NCBI GenBank assembly: GCA_016709145.1
Contig: JADJEK010000007.1
Coordinates: 35,630 to 99,629 of the forward strand
Length of the DNA stretch: 64,000 bases
Direction of reading: 5' to 3'
Source of the DNA: Planctomycetota bacterium
GTDB lineage: Bacteria > Planctomycetota > B15-G4 > JADJEK01
Within the stretch, counting starts at the first letter, position 1, and each line of letters opens with the position of its first letter. The notes under the pieces were generated by a model that saw only the letters and a list, made by a program, of their open reading frames with translations, did not search any database and was not told where the DNA came from. Positions 28,685-38,686 of this stretch are shown here, piece after piece. The position numbers were made by a program, and so were the translations under genes.

Positions 28685-31600
28685 CGCCGACCCGCCCACG
28701 TCCCGACGAGCACGACGTCGTCGAGCGAGAACGGCACCGACGCACGGATCTCGCAGAAGCCTTGGCGCGGTCGCGCTCCGACCCGCGTCTCGTAGACGAC
28801 GTCGCCGTCCACGCGCAGTTGCACTTGACCGTCGAGGTCCGGACGCCATTCGACGCGCACGGCGTAACGCGCGCCGCGCTCGAGCGCGAACGGACGCACG
28901 GGGTGCGCTCCGCGCTTGCGCGGCTTGGTCTCGCCGAGGCGCGGCTCGAACAGGTAGTCCTCGAAATCGTCGAGGCTGCCGTCCCACGCGTTCGCTTGGC
29001 CTTGGTAGCGACCGGGTCCGAACGAGCGGATCGCGAAGCACGTCGAGAACACGCGGATGCCGACCAAGCCCGGCTCGGCGCCGTCGAGCGGCACGTCGAG
29101 ATCGAACGAGATCGACAGCGGACGAGTCGGATCGAACGGCAACTCACGCCGCAAACCGGGCCGATTGCGGAACAAGTCCGAACCGTTGTCGCGGCCCGCG
29201 ACCGACGTCAACACGCCGTCGCGGACCGACCATTCCGGGCCGGGCCGCACGAAGTCGACGATCTCCCCAGGATCCTCGAACTCGTAGCGGACTTCGATGG
29301 TTCCGTCGGCCTTGAACGAGACCGCGCCGGCGACGGCTTGCTCGATCGATTCTCGGAAGCGCGCGTCGCGTTCGTCGCGCTCGGCCTTGGTCGCAGCGGC
29401 GCGCAGTTCCGCGCGACGAGCGCGCACGGCGTCGATCCGGGCCAGCTTCGCGTCGTCGAGCAAGGCCTTCGCCGTGCGCACGATGTCGCCCGCGACGCCG
29501 GCGGCGACGGCTTGGTCGAATTCGACGAGGCGCTGCGCGGACTCGGCGCGCGCCTGCTCGCTGGCCTCGCTCTTCTCGTCGACGCGGCGCTTCCACTCGG
29601 CACGCACTGCAACACCTTGGTCCTGCGCGAGCGCGTCGAGCACTCTCTTCGCCGCATCGAGTTCGCCGCCGTAGACCAGCGCGACCGCGGCGGCGGCCGG
29701 CGTCGCGTTGCCGCGCGCGACGAGCTCCGCGCGCGTCAAGTCTTCGAACTCGAGGACCGCGTCGTTCTGGGCCAAGCGCAACTCGCGTCGCGCGCGATCG
29801 ACGGCTTTCAACGTCGCGTTCCAGACGATGCCACTGCGCGCGGCCAAGCGCACGGGCCGATCGATCTCGGCTTCGAGCGAGCGAACGGCGGCGTCTTCCG
29901 CGCGCACGAGTTCGGGAATCGCGGCCGCGAGCTCGACGAGCAGCGGTGAGCGCATCGGCGGCTCGAGGCCGGCCAGACTCGCGCTCGCCGCGGCGTAGTC
30001 GCCGACCTTCAACGCCGACTCCACCGCGTCCTGGACATCGGCTTCCCACTGTTCGCGCGCGGCCGCGGCCCGCGCTCCGCGCTGATGCGCGAGTTCACTC
30101 GCACGCATCCCCACCGCCGTCCCCAACGGGCCGGACCGCGTTGCCGTGTCGGCTTCGCCGGGGAACTCCGCGAGCGAGACGCCGAGCACGTCCTCCACCA
30201 CTTCGGTCAACCGCCGCATGAGGGCATCGACGTCGGCGACGGACTCGAGCGGATCGGGCTCGAACTCGGCGACCGCGACCAACGCTCCGGCGCGGCGCTC
30301 CTCGACGCGTTCCTCGACGCGACGGCGCAGCGCCACCAACTCGGCACCGACGCGATCGCGGACTTGCTGGCGGTACTCCGCGCCGGGTTGCGCGTCCCCG
30401 GCTTCGGGCAACACCGAACGCACCGCCTTCGCGAAACCGCGGTCGAGGCGGTCGTCGATGCGCGCGTCCTCTTCGGCGATCAACGCGAGCGCGGCCTGGA
30501 ACGCGTCGTCCTCGAGCAGATCGAGGACGCCACGCGTGACGCGCTCGACGTCGGCCGTCACCTCCGACGTCACCACGCGGCGCACGGTGAAGGTCAGTTC
30601 GTCGGCGACGACACGCTCGTCCTGGATCTTCTGGTCGAGCACGACGCGCAGCGCTTCCGGCAACGCGTGCAGTTCGCGACCGAACAGGTGCTCGGTCTGA
30701 CGGCGTGCTTCGTCGTCGAACGTCGCCAGCGCGCCGTCGATGCCGCCACGCGCGAGTTCACGCCGCGCTGCCGCGGCCGCGCGCAACGCGCACAGAGCGG
30801 CCTGCTCGGCGCACAGCGCGTCGAGTTCGCGCACCAAGGCCGGTCGGCGCGGATCCTCGGTCGCGGCGAGCGCTTGCTCCATCGCAGCCGCGAGGTCGAT
30901 GCGGCCCGCGCGCACGTCGTCGGCCGACGCCAGGCGTGGCCGCGCGTCGATCGCCGCCGGCTCGTGCGGGTCCGTCCCGCGCGTCTGCCACCACCACCCG
31001 GCGGCGATCACCGCGACCACGACCGCCGCCACGGCGATGACACGCGGCCACGGTCCACGCCGCGGGCGTAGCGCGAGGTCCCAGGACAATCCCACTTTCG
31101 ACGCGTCGACGTCGACGCCGTCGCCGAGGCGCCGCAGGTCCTGCGTCAGCTCCGCGGCGTCGCGGTAGCGCTTGTCGCGATCCTTCGCCATGAGCTTCGC
31201 GACCACGCGCGAGAACGCCGGCGAAACGTCGGGGCGCACGCGCTCCGGCGGATCGACTTTGCCGAACAGGATGTGCGTGATGACCTGCGCCAGCGTGTCG
31301 CCGCGATGCGGTGGCAGTCCGGTCAGCGCGTGGTAGAGCGTCGCGCCGAGCGAATACAGGTCGGAGCGGGCATCGGCCTGGCGCGGATTGCGCGCCTGCT
31401 CGGGGGACAGGTATTGCGGTGTACCGACGGTGGTGCCCGGCTGCGTGACCGTGAGGTCTTCGGCCGTGCGTGCCAGGCCGAAGTCGGTCAACTTCACGCG
31501 ACCGTCTTCCGTCACGAGCACGTTGCCCGGCTTGACGTCGCGGTGGACGATGCCGAACTCGTGGGCGTGCCGCAACGCGCGCGCGAGATCGAGCGCGACG

Positions 31601-31953
31601 GCGCGCACGCGGGCTTCGTCGAGCGGCCCCGTGCGATCGATCGCGTCCTTCAGCGAACCGCCCGGCACGTACTCGAGCGCGAGGAAGAACAGGTCTTTGT
31701 CGGAACCGAAGTCCCAACAGCGCACGACGCAATCGTGATCGAGCTTCGCGACCAGTCGCGCTTCGCGCTGCAAGCGCGCGAGCGCGTTCTCGGGCAGGTC
31801 CTGACCGACGCGGAACACCTTCAGCGCGACTTGGCGATCGAGCGATTCGTGCCGCGCGCGATAGACGGTGCTGGTGCCGCCGACGCCGAGCAGCGCGTCG
31901 ACGCGATAGGGTCCGATGCGATCGGGAAGGTCGTTCGCCGGAATGCGCGTCAC
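28681..31953 (-). CDS. Membrane Ser/Thr kinase with about 770-aa extracytoplasmic region
   Basis: LGVGGTSTVY, VALK, HRDVKPGN, DFGLA, GTPQYLSPE; TM VIAVAAVVVAVIAAGWWW; helical ectodomain ending in a beta-rich (lectin/DUF1080-like) domain. Confidence 0.92.
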   Translation of the reverse strand: MTRIPANDLPDRIGPYRVDALLGVGGTSTVYRARHESLDRQVALKVFRVGQDLPENALARLQREARLVAKLDHDCVVRCWDFGSDKDLFFLALEYVPGGSLKDAIDRTGPLDEARVRAVALDLARALRHAHEFGIVHRDVKPGNVLVTEDGRVKLTDFGLARTAEDLTVTQPGTTVGTPQYLSPEQARNPRQADARSDLYSLGATLYHALTGLPPHRGDTLAQVITHILFGKVDPPERVRPDVSPAFSRVVAKLMAKDRDKRYRDAAELTQDLRRLGDGVDVDASKVGLSWDLALRPRRGPWPRVIAVAAVVVAVIAAGWWWQTRGTDPHEPAAIDARPRLASADDVRAGRIDLAAAMEQALAATEDPRRPALVRELDALCAEQAALCALRAAAAARRELARGGIDGALATFDDEARRQTEHLFGRELHALPEALRVVLDQKIQDERVVADELTFTVRRVVTSEVTADVERVTRGVLDLLEDDAFQAALALIAEEDARIDDRLDRGFAKAVRSVLPEAGDAQPGAEYRQQVRDRVGAELVALRRRVEERVEERRAGALVAVAEFEPDPLESVADVDALMRRLTEVVEDVLGVSLAEFPGEADTATRSGPLGTAVGMRASELAHQRGARAAAAREQWEADVQDAVESALKVGDYAAASASLAGLEPPMRSPLLVELAAAIPELVRAEDAAVRSLEAEIDRPVRLAARSGIVWNATLKAVDRARRELRLAQNDAVLEFEDLTRAELVARGNATPAAAAVALVYGGELDAAKRVLDALAQDQGVAVRAEWKRRVDEKSEASEQARAESAQRLVEFDQAVAAGVAGDIVRTAKALLDDAKLARIDAVRARRAELRAAATKAERDERDARFRESIEQAVAGAVSFKADGTIEVRYEFEDPGEIVDFVRPGPEWSVRDGVLTSVAGRDNGSDLFRNRPGLRRELPFDPTRPLSISFDLDVPLDGAEPGLVGIRVFSTCFAIRSFGPGRYQGQANAWDGSLDDFEDYLFEPRLGETKPRKRGAHPVRPFALERGARYAVRVEWRPDLDGQVQLRVDGDVVYETRVGARPRQGFCEIRASVPFSLDDVVLVGTWAGRR

Positions 31954-31954
31954 G

Positions 31955-33502
31955 TCAATCGGCCTTCTTCATCACCCACGCCCGCAGGTCTTCGTCGACG
32001 ACTTGCATGTCCTTCTGACACGCGACGTTGAACGCCTTCTGGCAGGCGTTGAACACGCCCGGCTGCGTCGGCGGCGGATTGCCGCCGGGCCACGCTTGGC
32101 GCAGCGCGTCGAAGAACTGCTTCATGCGCGGCGGCTCGGTCGCTCGCCAGTATTGGTACAGCGCCATGCCCTTCGCGACGTCCATCTGCGACAGCGTCAC
32201 GTGTTCGCGGCGCACGACTTGATCCATCGGCGTGTCGGAGCGCGACCGGAATCCGTCACGCAACGGCTCGATCCACTTGCCGTCCTCGAAGAACGCGCGC
32301 TCCGTGTCCTCGATGTGACGCTCGTAGCGGCCGGCGCCGACGTTGAAGAATGCGTTGCGGCCCGTGAGGTCGAACTCGGTCAGCGCTGCGAAGGCTTCGT
32401 CGAAGAACGGCGGGATGCCGTTGTCTTGGAACCGGTAGCGGTTCAGCAGCACGTGCCCGAGCATGTTGCAGCAATGCGCGATCGCCATGTCCTCGCCGCG
32501 GTTCCCGACGTACGTCGTCGCGATCGGCCAGGTCTCGAACAAGTAGACGCCCGCGACTTTCTTCGCACGCTCGGCCCACTGCGCACCGGCGCGGGTGTTG
32601 GCGCCGATCCAGTCGCAGAACCGCTCGTAGTCGGGACGCGTGCGGAACACGACGAGGTCGACGCGCTGCGGCCCGAACCAGGCTAGGCCGTCGTCGACCG
32701 CGAACTCCTTGGCGAAGCGCTTGAAGCCCTTCTCCATGGTGTCCGCGAGTTTGCCGGCGAAGGCCTCCGAGACGTCGGAGTACGCCGCCGCGTGATCCCG
32801 CGTCGCCAGGAACACCGAGCGTTCGACAGCGGCCTCCGCCGCCTTGCGCGTGGTCGCGAGTGCGGCGTCCTCGCGCTTGATCCAACTGCCGTCCTGCGCC
32901 TTGACCAGCCCGTCCAGGAGTTTGGCCTCGTCCTCCTTCATCCAGCGATCGCCGCGCTTGACGAAGCCGGCCTCGTATTTGGCCTTGTCCTCGGGCGTGA
33001 CGAAGCCGCCCTGGTACGGCACCAGTCCTTGCGCGAGCATCTGCGCTTCGCGCGCTTCGCGTTCGAGGCGGTCCTTGTCGGCCGGCGTGACGAACTTGCC
33101 GTCGCAGAGCACGTTGCCGCGCGCGCGATGGACATCGGCCTGCTGCGGATCGAGCGCGAGGATCTCACGCTCGAGCTCTTCGCGGACCTTCTTCTGCTTC
33201 AGCTCCCCGGCGCGCCTCCACAGGGCGACGCGGCCCGCGACGTCGCTCGCCGCCAGCGCCTTGCGGTCCAGCGCGAGTTGCTCGATCGCGGTCACGCCAC
33301 GCTCGATCTTGACGACGTCCGCGCGCGCGAGCTTCTGCACGCCGAACGCGGTCTCGATCTCGACCACGGCGTCGGTCTCGGACTTGATCTTGCCTTCGAG
33401 CTTCGAGCCGTTCTTCAGGTGCACCGTGTCGGCGTGCGCCGCGGCGACGCAGATCGCCAGCGCGAACACGACCGCTCCGAGCCATCGTCGATCCATCGAC
33501 AT
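31955..33502 (-). CDS. Secreted protein with DTVHLKNG N-domain and degenerate gluzincin/DUF1570-like C-domain
   Basis: Signal peptide; GGAGG RBS 7 nt upstream of ATG 33502; NMLGH...PPFFDEAFAALTE resembles HExxH...WxxEGxA. Confidence 0.7.
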   Translation of the reverse strand: MSMDRRWLGAVVFALAICVAAAHADTVHLKNGSKLEGKIKSETDAVVEIETAFGVQKLARADVVKIERGVTAIEQLALDRKALAASDVAGRVALWRRAGELKQKKVREELEREILALDPQQADVHRARGNVLCDGKFVTPADKDRLEREAREAQMLAQGLVPYQGGFVTPEDKAKYEAGFVKRGDRWMKEDEAKLLDGLVKAQDGSWIKREDAALATTRKAAEAAVERSVFLATRDHAAAYSDVSEAFAGKLADTMEKGFKRFAKEFAVDDGLAWFGPQRVDLVVFRTRPDYERFCDWIGANTRAGAQWAERAKKVAGVYLFETWPIATTYVGNRGEDMAIAHCCNMLGHVLLNRYRFQDNGIPPFFDEAFAALTEFDLTGRNAFFNVGAGRYERHIEDTERAFFEDGKWIEPLRDGFRSRSDTPMDQVVRREHVTLSQMDVAKGMALYQYWRATEPPRMKQFFDALRQAWPGGNPPPTQPGVFNACQKAFNVACQKDMQVVDEDLRAWVMKKAD

Positions 33503-33586
33503 CGCGCGGCCTCCCACCAGTGTTCGCCCTGCTCGCTCCACGACCGTCGATCGCGGCGCACGACCCCGCGCGACGACGGCCACGGT

Positions 33587-35527
33587 TCACTCGGTCGCGT
33601 CGAGGCCGTACTTCTCGATCTTGCGGTTCAGCGCGAAGCGCGAGATCCCGAGTTGCGTGGCCGCGCGACTCTTGTTGCCGCCGCAGTCCTTCAGCGCCTT
33701 CTGGATCTCCCGCACTTCGATCGCCGCGACGCGCGCCGTCAGATCGGCGTCGTCGTCCACCACCGCCAGCTTCGCGTCGTTGGCTCCGGCTCGGCCCTCG
33801 AGCACGTGGGCCGACAGCCGGTCGGCGACGAGCACGTCGTCGCACAACGTCACCAACCGCCGGACCTCGTTCTCGAGCTCGCGCACGTTACCCGGCCAGG
33901 GATAGCGCTTGAACGCCTCGACCACTTCCGGAGCGATCCGCGGCATCGGCTTGCCCTGCGCCGAGACGGCGCGGGCGACGAAGCGCTCGAGCAGCAGCGG
34001 GATGTCGTCGGCGCGCGAGCGCAGTGGCGGCAGGCGGACCGGCAGCACGTTCAAGCGATAGAACAGGTCCTCGCGGAACTTGCTCTCGGACACGAGCTGG
34101 CGCAGGTCCTTGTTGCTGGCCGAGACGATGCGCACGTCGACCTTGATCGGATCGGTGCCGCCGACCGGGCGGAACTCGCCTTCTTGCAAGAAGCGCAGCA
34201 TCTTCGCCTGCAGCGCCGGCGACATCTCCGAGACCTCGTCGAGGAACAAGGTGCCGCGATGCGCGCGTTCCACCAATCCGCGACGCGTGGCCGACGCACC
34301 CGTGAACGCACCCTTGATCGAGCCGAACAGTTCGCTTTCGAGCAGCGTCTCGGGCAACGCCGCGCAGTTCTCGGACACGAACGGTTCGGAGCGGCGCGGC
34401 CCGAGGCGGTGGATCGCGCGCGCGACGAGTTCCTTGCCGGTGCCGCTCTCGCCTTCGATGAGGACCGGGAAGTTCGAATCGGTCACGCGATCGAGCATCT
34501 CGAACACGCGCGTCATCGCCGGCGAGCGGCCGATGATCCCGACCGAGTCGTACTTCGACTTCGGCTCGTCGATGTCGTCGCCGGCCAGACGCGCGCGCAC
34601 CGACGCCAGTTCCGCTTCGCGGTCCGACACCGTGCGGCGCAGATCGCGGTTCAGCAACTCGAGGCGGGCGCGCGCGGTCGCCAGCGCCTCGTTCGAGTCG
34701 ATCAGTTCCTTGATCAAGCGCGCGTTCGCGACGGCGATCGCGGCCTGATCGGCGAACACGAGCAGGCGCTCGGCGTCGCGCGTGCTGAACACGCCGGCCT
34801 CGAGGCGATTGTCGATGTAGACCACTCCGAGCAACTCTTCGCGGAAGCGGATCGGCACGCAGAGCACCGAACGCAGCCCGAGGTTCACGATCGACTGCAC
34901 GGCGCGGAAGCGCTCGTCCTCGCGCGCGTTGATCGAGAACAACGGCTTGCCGGTGGTCAGCACCTCGTGCGCGATCGAGCGCGAGACCGCGACCTCCGCG
35001 TCGTGGACCGAATCGCCTTTGAAGTTGCGCGACGCCTCGCATTCGAGGCCGCCGTCCTTCGCCGCCAGCACGACGAACGCGCGCTCGGCACGCGAGAAGT
35101 TCACGACGGCGTCGAGCACGCGGTTCAGCAGGGGCATCAGCTCGTGCTCGGCCGCGAGGTCGCGGTTCACGGTCACGAGCCAGTTCAGGAACGAGCGGTC
35201 CTTCTGCAGCTCGGCCACGTCCTCGTCGCCGCTGACGTCGACCTCGACGACCTTGACCCTCAGACGGCCGACGCGGAGTTGGTCCCCGGCCTTGAGGCGG
35301 GCTGCGGGCACGCGATCGCCGTTGACGAAGGTGCCGTTCTGCGAGCCCAGGTCGACGATCCGGAACCCGTCGCCCGAGCGCTCGAGCACGCAATGCGTGC
35401 GCGAGACCTGCGCGTCGTTCACGACGACGTCGTTCCCGGCGGCGCGCCCGAACGTGATGCGTTCCTTCGTGAAGGCCAACCGCTCACGGCGGTCTTCATC
35501 CTCCACATCGAGCTGCAACGAGGTCAT
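33587..35527 (-). CDS. FHA-GAF-AAA+ (sigma54 activator)-HTH transcriptional regulator
   Basis: FHA ([27 protein letters not shown]), [11 protein letters not shown], intact [33 protein letters not shown], Fis-type HTH. Confidence 0.95.
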   Translation of the reverse strand: MTSLQLDVEDEDRRERLAFTKERITFGRAAGNDVVVNDAQVSRTHCVLERSGDGFRIVDLGSQNGTFVNGDRVPAARLKAGDQLRVGRLRVKVVEVDVSGDEDVAELQKDRSFLNWLVTVNRDLAAEHELMPLLNRVLDAVVNFSRAERAFVVLAAKDGGLECEASRNFKGDSVHDAEVAVSRSIAHEVLTTGKPLFSINAREDERFRAVQSIVNLGLRSVLCVPIRFREELLGVVYIDNRLEAGVFSTRDAERLLVFADQAAIAVANARLIKELIDSNEALATARARLELLNRDLRRTVSDREAELASVRARLAGDDIDEPKSKYDSVGIIGRSPAMTRVFEMLDRVTDSNFPVLIEGESGTGKELVARAIHRLGPRRSEPFVSENCAALPETLLESELFGSIKGAFTGASATRRGLVERAHRGTLFLDEVSEMSPALQAKMLRFLQEGEFRPVGGTDPIKVDVRIVSASNKDLRQLVSESKFREDLFYRLNVLPVRLPPLRSRADDIPLLLERFVARAVSAQGKPMPRIAPEVVEAFKRYPWPGNVRELENEVRRLVTLCDDVLVADRLSAHVLEGRAGANDAKLAVVDDDADLTARVAAIEVREIQKALKDCGGNKSRAATQLGISRFALNRKIEKYGLDATE

Positions 35528-35650
35528 GGAAGCCTCCGCGAGCGGACTTCCGGGCAGAAGCGATCGCGCGAGCGCACTCTACCGGGCGATCGAGCACGGG
35601 TAACGCGACGAGAACGATCGACTTCGCACACCGCGCGGTCCCGCGCACCC

Positions 35651-35746
35651 TCGGCCCGGGCCGTCACCCGGGCCGTCACCCGGGCCAGCACCCGGGCCGT
35701 CATGCGGGCCGTCGCCCGGGCCAGCACCCGGGCCGTGACCCGGGCC
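35651..35746 (-). repeat. Tandem array of 8 x 12-bp units of the same GGCCCGGGTGNN family, opposite orientation
   Basis: Plus-strand units gtcacccgggcc, agcacccgggcc and variants; agcacccgggcc is the exact reverse complement of GGCCCGGGTGCT in the 26703 array. Confidence 0.92.
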
Positions 35747-35756
35747 GAGCTTGCGC

Positions 35757-37205
35757 TCAACCCGTCCCTTGGATCCGGCCGGCCAGGTTCGTCGTCGATC
35801 GTCCTTCGAGCAGCGGGGCGAATACCACCCGCCCGCCTCCGGCCTCGACGAAGCTCTGGCCGGCGACCTCCTTTCCCTCCCAGTCCGCGCCCTTCACGAG
35901 CACGTCCGGTCGGATCTCGCGGATCAAGGCCTCGGGGGTGTCCTCGTCGAACACCGTGACGTAGTCGACCGCGGCCAGCGCGGCGAGCAGCGTCTGTCGA
36001 TCCTCTTCGGCCACGAACGGGCGTTGCGGGCCCTTCAGGCGTCGCACCGAGTCGTCGCTGTTGACGCCGACCACGAGCACGTCGCCCTGCGAGCGCGCCC
36101 ACGCGAGGTAGCGCACGTGGCCCGCATGCAGCAAGTCGAAGCAGCCGTTCGTGAACACGATGCGCATGGCCTTCTCGCGCAGATCGCGCGCGATCTCGGC
36201 CGCACGCGCGCGCGGCAGGCGCTTGTTCTCGTACGAGGCCGCTTCGCTGCCGAGCGCGTGGTAGAGCTCGGTCGGCGAGACCGTGCCCGCGCCGATCTTG
36301 CCGACCACGACACCGGCGCCGGCGTTCGCGATGCGCACCGCGGACGACAGCGGCACGCCGGCGCCGAGATAGCGCGCGAGCAGCGCGATGACCGTGTCGC
36401 CCGCTCCTGTGACGTCGAACACCTTCTTCGCTTCCGTGCGGATGTGGAACGACGAGCCGCCGCGCTGCGCGCAGAACATGCCGTCGGCGCCGAGCGTGAT
36501 CAGGGCGACCTCGACACCGGTCGACGCGAACAGTGCCGCCGCGGCCCGCTCGAGCGACGCCGCGTCGCTGATCGACACACCGGTCGCGAGTTCCGCCTCG
36601 TGCCGGTTCGGCGTGATGCAGTACGCGCCGCGATACTTGGTGTAGTCGGTGCCCTTCGGATCGACGAGCACACGCTTGCCCGAGGCGAATGCGGCGGCGA
36701 GCACGGCAGGCGTCAGCGTGCCCTTCGCGTAGTCGGAAACCACGAGCACGTCGCTCGCGCTGGCCGTCGCTCGCACCGCGCGGACGAGCGCCTCCTCGAC
36801 CGCACCCGCGACCGGACGGCGGTCCTCGCGGTCATAGCGCAGGACCTGCTGACTGCGCGCGAGCAGGCGGGTCTTCTGGATCGTCGGACGACTGCGATCG
36901 CGTACGACGGCGGCGATGTCCGCTCCGACCTCGATCAACAGGTCTTGCAACCGGCGCCCCCCGTCGTCGTCCCCGACCACGCCGCACATCGCGGAACGCC
37001 CCCCGGCCGCGAGCACGTTCGCGACCACGTTGCCGGCGCCGCCAATGCGCAACTCCTCGGCGCGCACGTCGAGGACAGGGATCGGCGCCTCCGGCGAAAT
37101 CCGCTCGGCGTCGCCGCGCAGATAGCGATCGAGGATCAGGTCGCCGAGGACCCCGACCATGACCGGGCGCGCGTCCTTGACCCACGTGATGAGTTCGCCG
37201 CTCAT
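35757..37205 (-). CDS. hldE: Bifunctional ADP-heptose synthase (kinase + adenylyltransferase)
   Basis: GDLILDRY..RISPEAPIPV, DPKG, TPNRHE, DVTGAGDT, FTNGCFDLLHAGH, VKGADW, GRSTT. Confidence 0.96.
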   Translation of the reverse strand: MSGELITWVKDARPVMVGVLGDLILDRYLRGDAERISPEAPIPVLDVRAEELRIGGAGNVVANVLAAGGRSAMCGVVGDDDGGRRLQDLLIEVGADIAAVVRDRSRPTIQKTRLLARSQQVLRYDREDRRPVAGAVEEALVRAVRATASASDVLVVSDYAKGTLTPAVLAAAFASGKRVLVDPKGTDYTKYRGAYCITPNRHEAELATGVSISDAASLERAAAALFASTGVEVALITLGADGMFCAQRGGSSFHIRTEAKKVFDVTGAGDTVIALLARYLGAGVPLSSAVRIANAGAGVVVGKIGAGTVSPTELYHALGSEAASYENKRLPRARAAEIARDLREKAMRIVFTNGCFDLLHAGHVRYLAWARSQGDVLVVGVNSDDSVRRLKGPQRPFVAEEDRQTLLAALAAVDYVTVFDEDTPEALIREIRPDVLVKGADWEGKEVAGQSFVEAGGGRVVFAPLLEGRSTTNLAGRIQGTG

Positions 37206-38152
37206 GCAGTCTCCGTCCGCGGAGCCACCGCGGTCGCGTCGGCCGTCGGTCGAGCGCGCTCCGCGCGCCAACGCCGATGCAGCCAGTTCCATTGGTCCGG
37301 CGCACGCCGGATGTGCTTCCCGATGACGTCGGCGATGGCCTGCGTCAATCGTGCGACCTCCGCCTCGCGCGGAGCCTCGGTGTCCGGCAACAGCGCGGGC
37401 TCGAAATCGAGGCGGTACTTCGGCGAGTCGTCGACGCGGATCCCGAAGCCCGGCAGCAGCGCGAAGCCGAAGCGCGCCGCGAGTTCGGCCGGCGCGCGGA
37501 AGGCCGAGGCCGGGTGGCCGAGGAAATCCACGACGAGGCCCTGACGACCGGCATGCTGATCGAGCAGCATCGCCACGCAATCGCCATCGCGCAGCGCCCG
37601 CACGATGCGCGGCAGCCCGCCGTCCTTCGGGATGATCGAGCGCACCCAGCGCGAGCGCTCGCGCAGCAGGAACGCATCGATCTTCGGGTTGTCCATCTGG
37701 CGGCCCACGACGTGCAGCCGCATGCCGAGCGGCTCGCCGGCCGCGGCCACGACCTCCCAATTGCCGAGGTGCGCCGTGAACACGATGACGCCCGTGCCGC
37801 GCGCGAGGGCCGCGTCGACGTGCTCGCGCCCGTGGATGTCGACGACCCCTTCCAGCCCGCGACGCGCGATGAGCTTCGGCAACAGAGCGAACTCGACGCC
37901 GACTTTCAGGAAGTGGCGGAAGACTCGGCGCACGAGGGCGCGCGGGTTCGGTGCGGAAGGATCCCCGCCGTAGACCTTTGCCACGTTCGCCAGGGCCACC
38001 TCCCGATGGCGCCGATCGAGCAGGTACGCCAAATCCCCCAGCCGATCGGTCGCACGCAGAGCCCAATGCGGCGGCAACAGGCGCAACAGGCCCAATGCCA
38101 GCCGTAGGGCGCCGTACTCGAGGTGGGCGACCAGCGGAGATTTCTCAGCCAT
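37202..38152 (-). CDS. lpxL: Lipid A late acyltransferase (LpxL/HtrB family)
   Basis: HLGNWE, DQH, FLGHPA, PDQWNWLHRRW; ATGA overlap with hldE. Confidence 0.85.
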   Translation of the reverse strand: MAEKSPLVAHLEYGALRLALGLLRLLPPHWALRATDRLGDLAYLLDRRHREVALANVAKVYGGDPSAPNPRALVRRVFRHFLKVGVEFALLPKLIARRGLEGVVDIHGREHVDAALARGTGVIVFTAHLGNWEVVAAAGEPLGMRLHVVGRQMDNPKIDAFLLRERSRWVRSIIPKDGGLPRIVRALRDGDCVAMLLDQHAGRQGLVVDFLGHPASAFRAPAELAARFGFALLPGFGIRVDDSPKYRLDFEPALLPDTEAPREAEVARLTQAIADVIGKHIRRAPDQWNWLHRRWRAERARPTADATAVAPRTETA

Positions 38153-38251
38153 GGGAGTGCTCGGTCGAGCGGCGGACGGCCAGAACGGGTCCCGCGTGGT
38201 TCAGCCGCACGACGAATGTTTCACGAAGGGGAACTTTTCTGAACTGTAAAC

Positions 38252-38279
38252 TTGCCACCGAAACGTGGCGGCCTAGATT
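38252..38279 (+). promoter_or_regulatory. sigma70-type promoter TTGCCA-N16-TAGATT with no downstream plus-strand CDS
   Basis: Hexamers at 38252-38257 and 38274-38279. Confidence 0.55.
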
Positions 38280-38285
38280 GTCACG

Positions 38286-38526
38286 CGACTTCGCGACACG
38301 ATCGTTTCGCTTCCCGCGGACGCATCGGGCGACGACAAGGATGCGAAGAGATCCTCGTCCGTCGTGCGCGCGAGTCCGAGCCAGACTCGTAGCCAGACAA
38401 ATAGCCAGAGGGTTTCCTTCAACGGAGTAAAACTCTTCTCCCCTTCTTCCCCTTTTCCCGGAGTTCCCTTCTGGCTTCTTCAACGACGACACCCGCGCCC
38501 CTCGATCGAGGGACGCGGGTGTTTTC
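38286..38526 (+). ncRNA. Candidate small RNA (about 240 nt), family not recognised
   Basis: Plus-strand promoter plus plus-strand terminator inside a minus/minus intergenic region; several predicted stems and a pyrimidine-only loop. Confidence 0.45.
38489..38526 (+). terminator. Intrinsic terminator, plus-strand polarity
   Basis: acacccgcg-c-ccctc-gatc-gaggg-a-cgcgggtgt followed by tttc; no U tract on the minus strand. Confidence 0.7.
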
Positions 38527-38686
38527 ATGTTCGGCCTCGAACGGTGTCGCGTCGGGCCCGACACGAACGCTGAATCCACGCTGACGAACTGGCCATGCGA
38601 TCGCGCCTCGCACGCGCGGTCCGCGGCGCGTGGATTCCCCGACAGGCTCGTCGCGCCCCCTGCGTGCGCAGCGCCGGCCGACCCCA

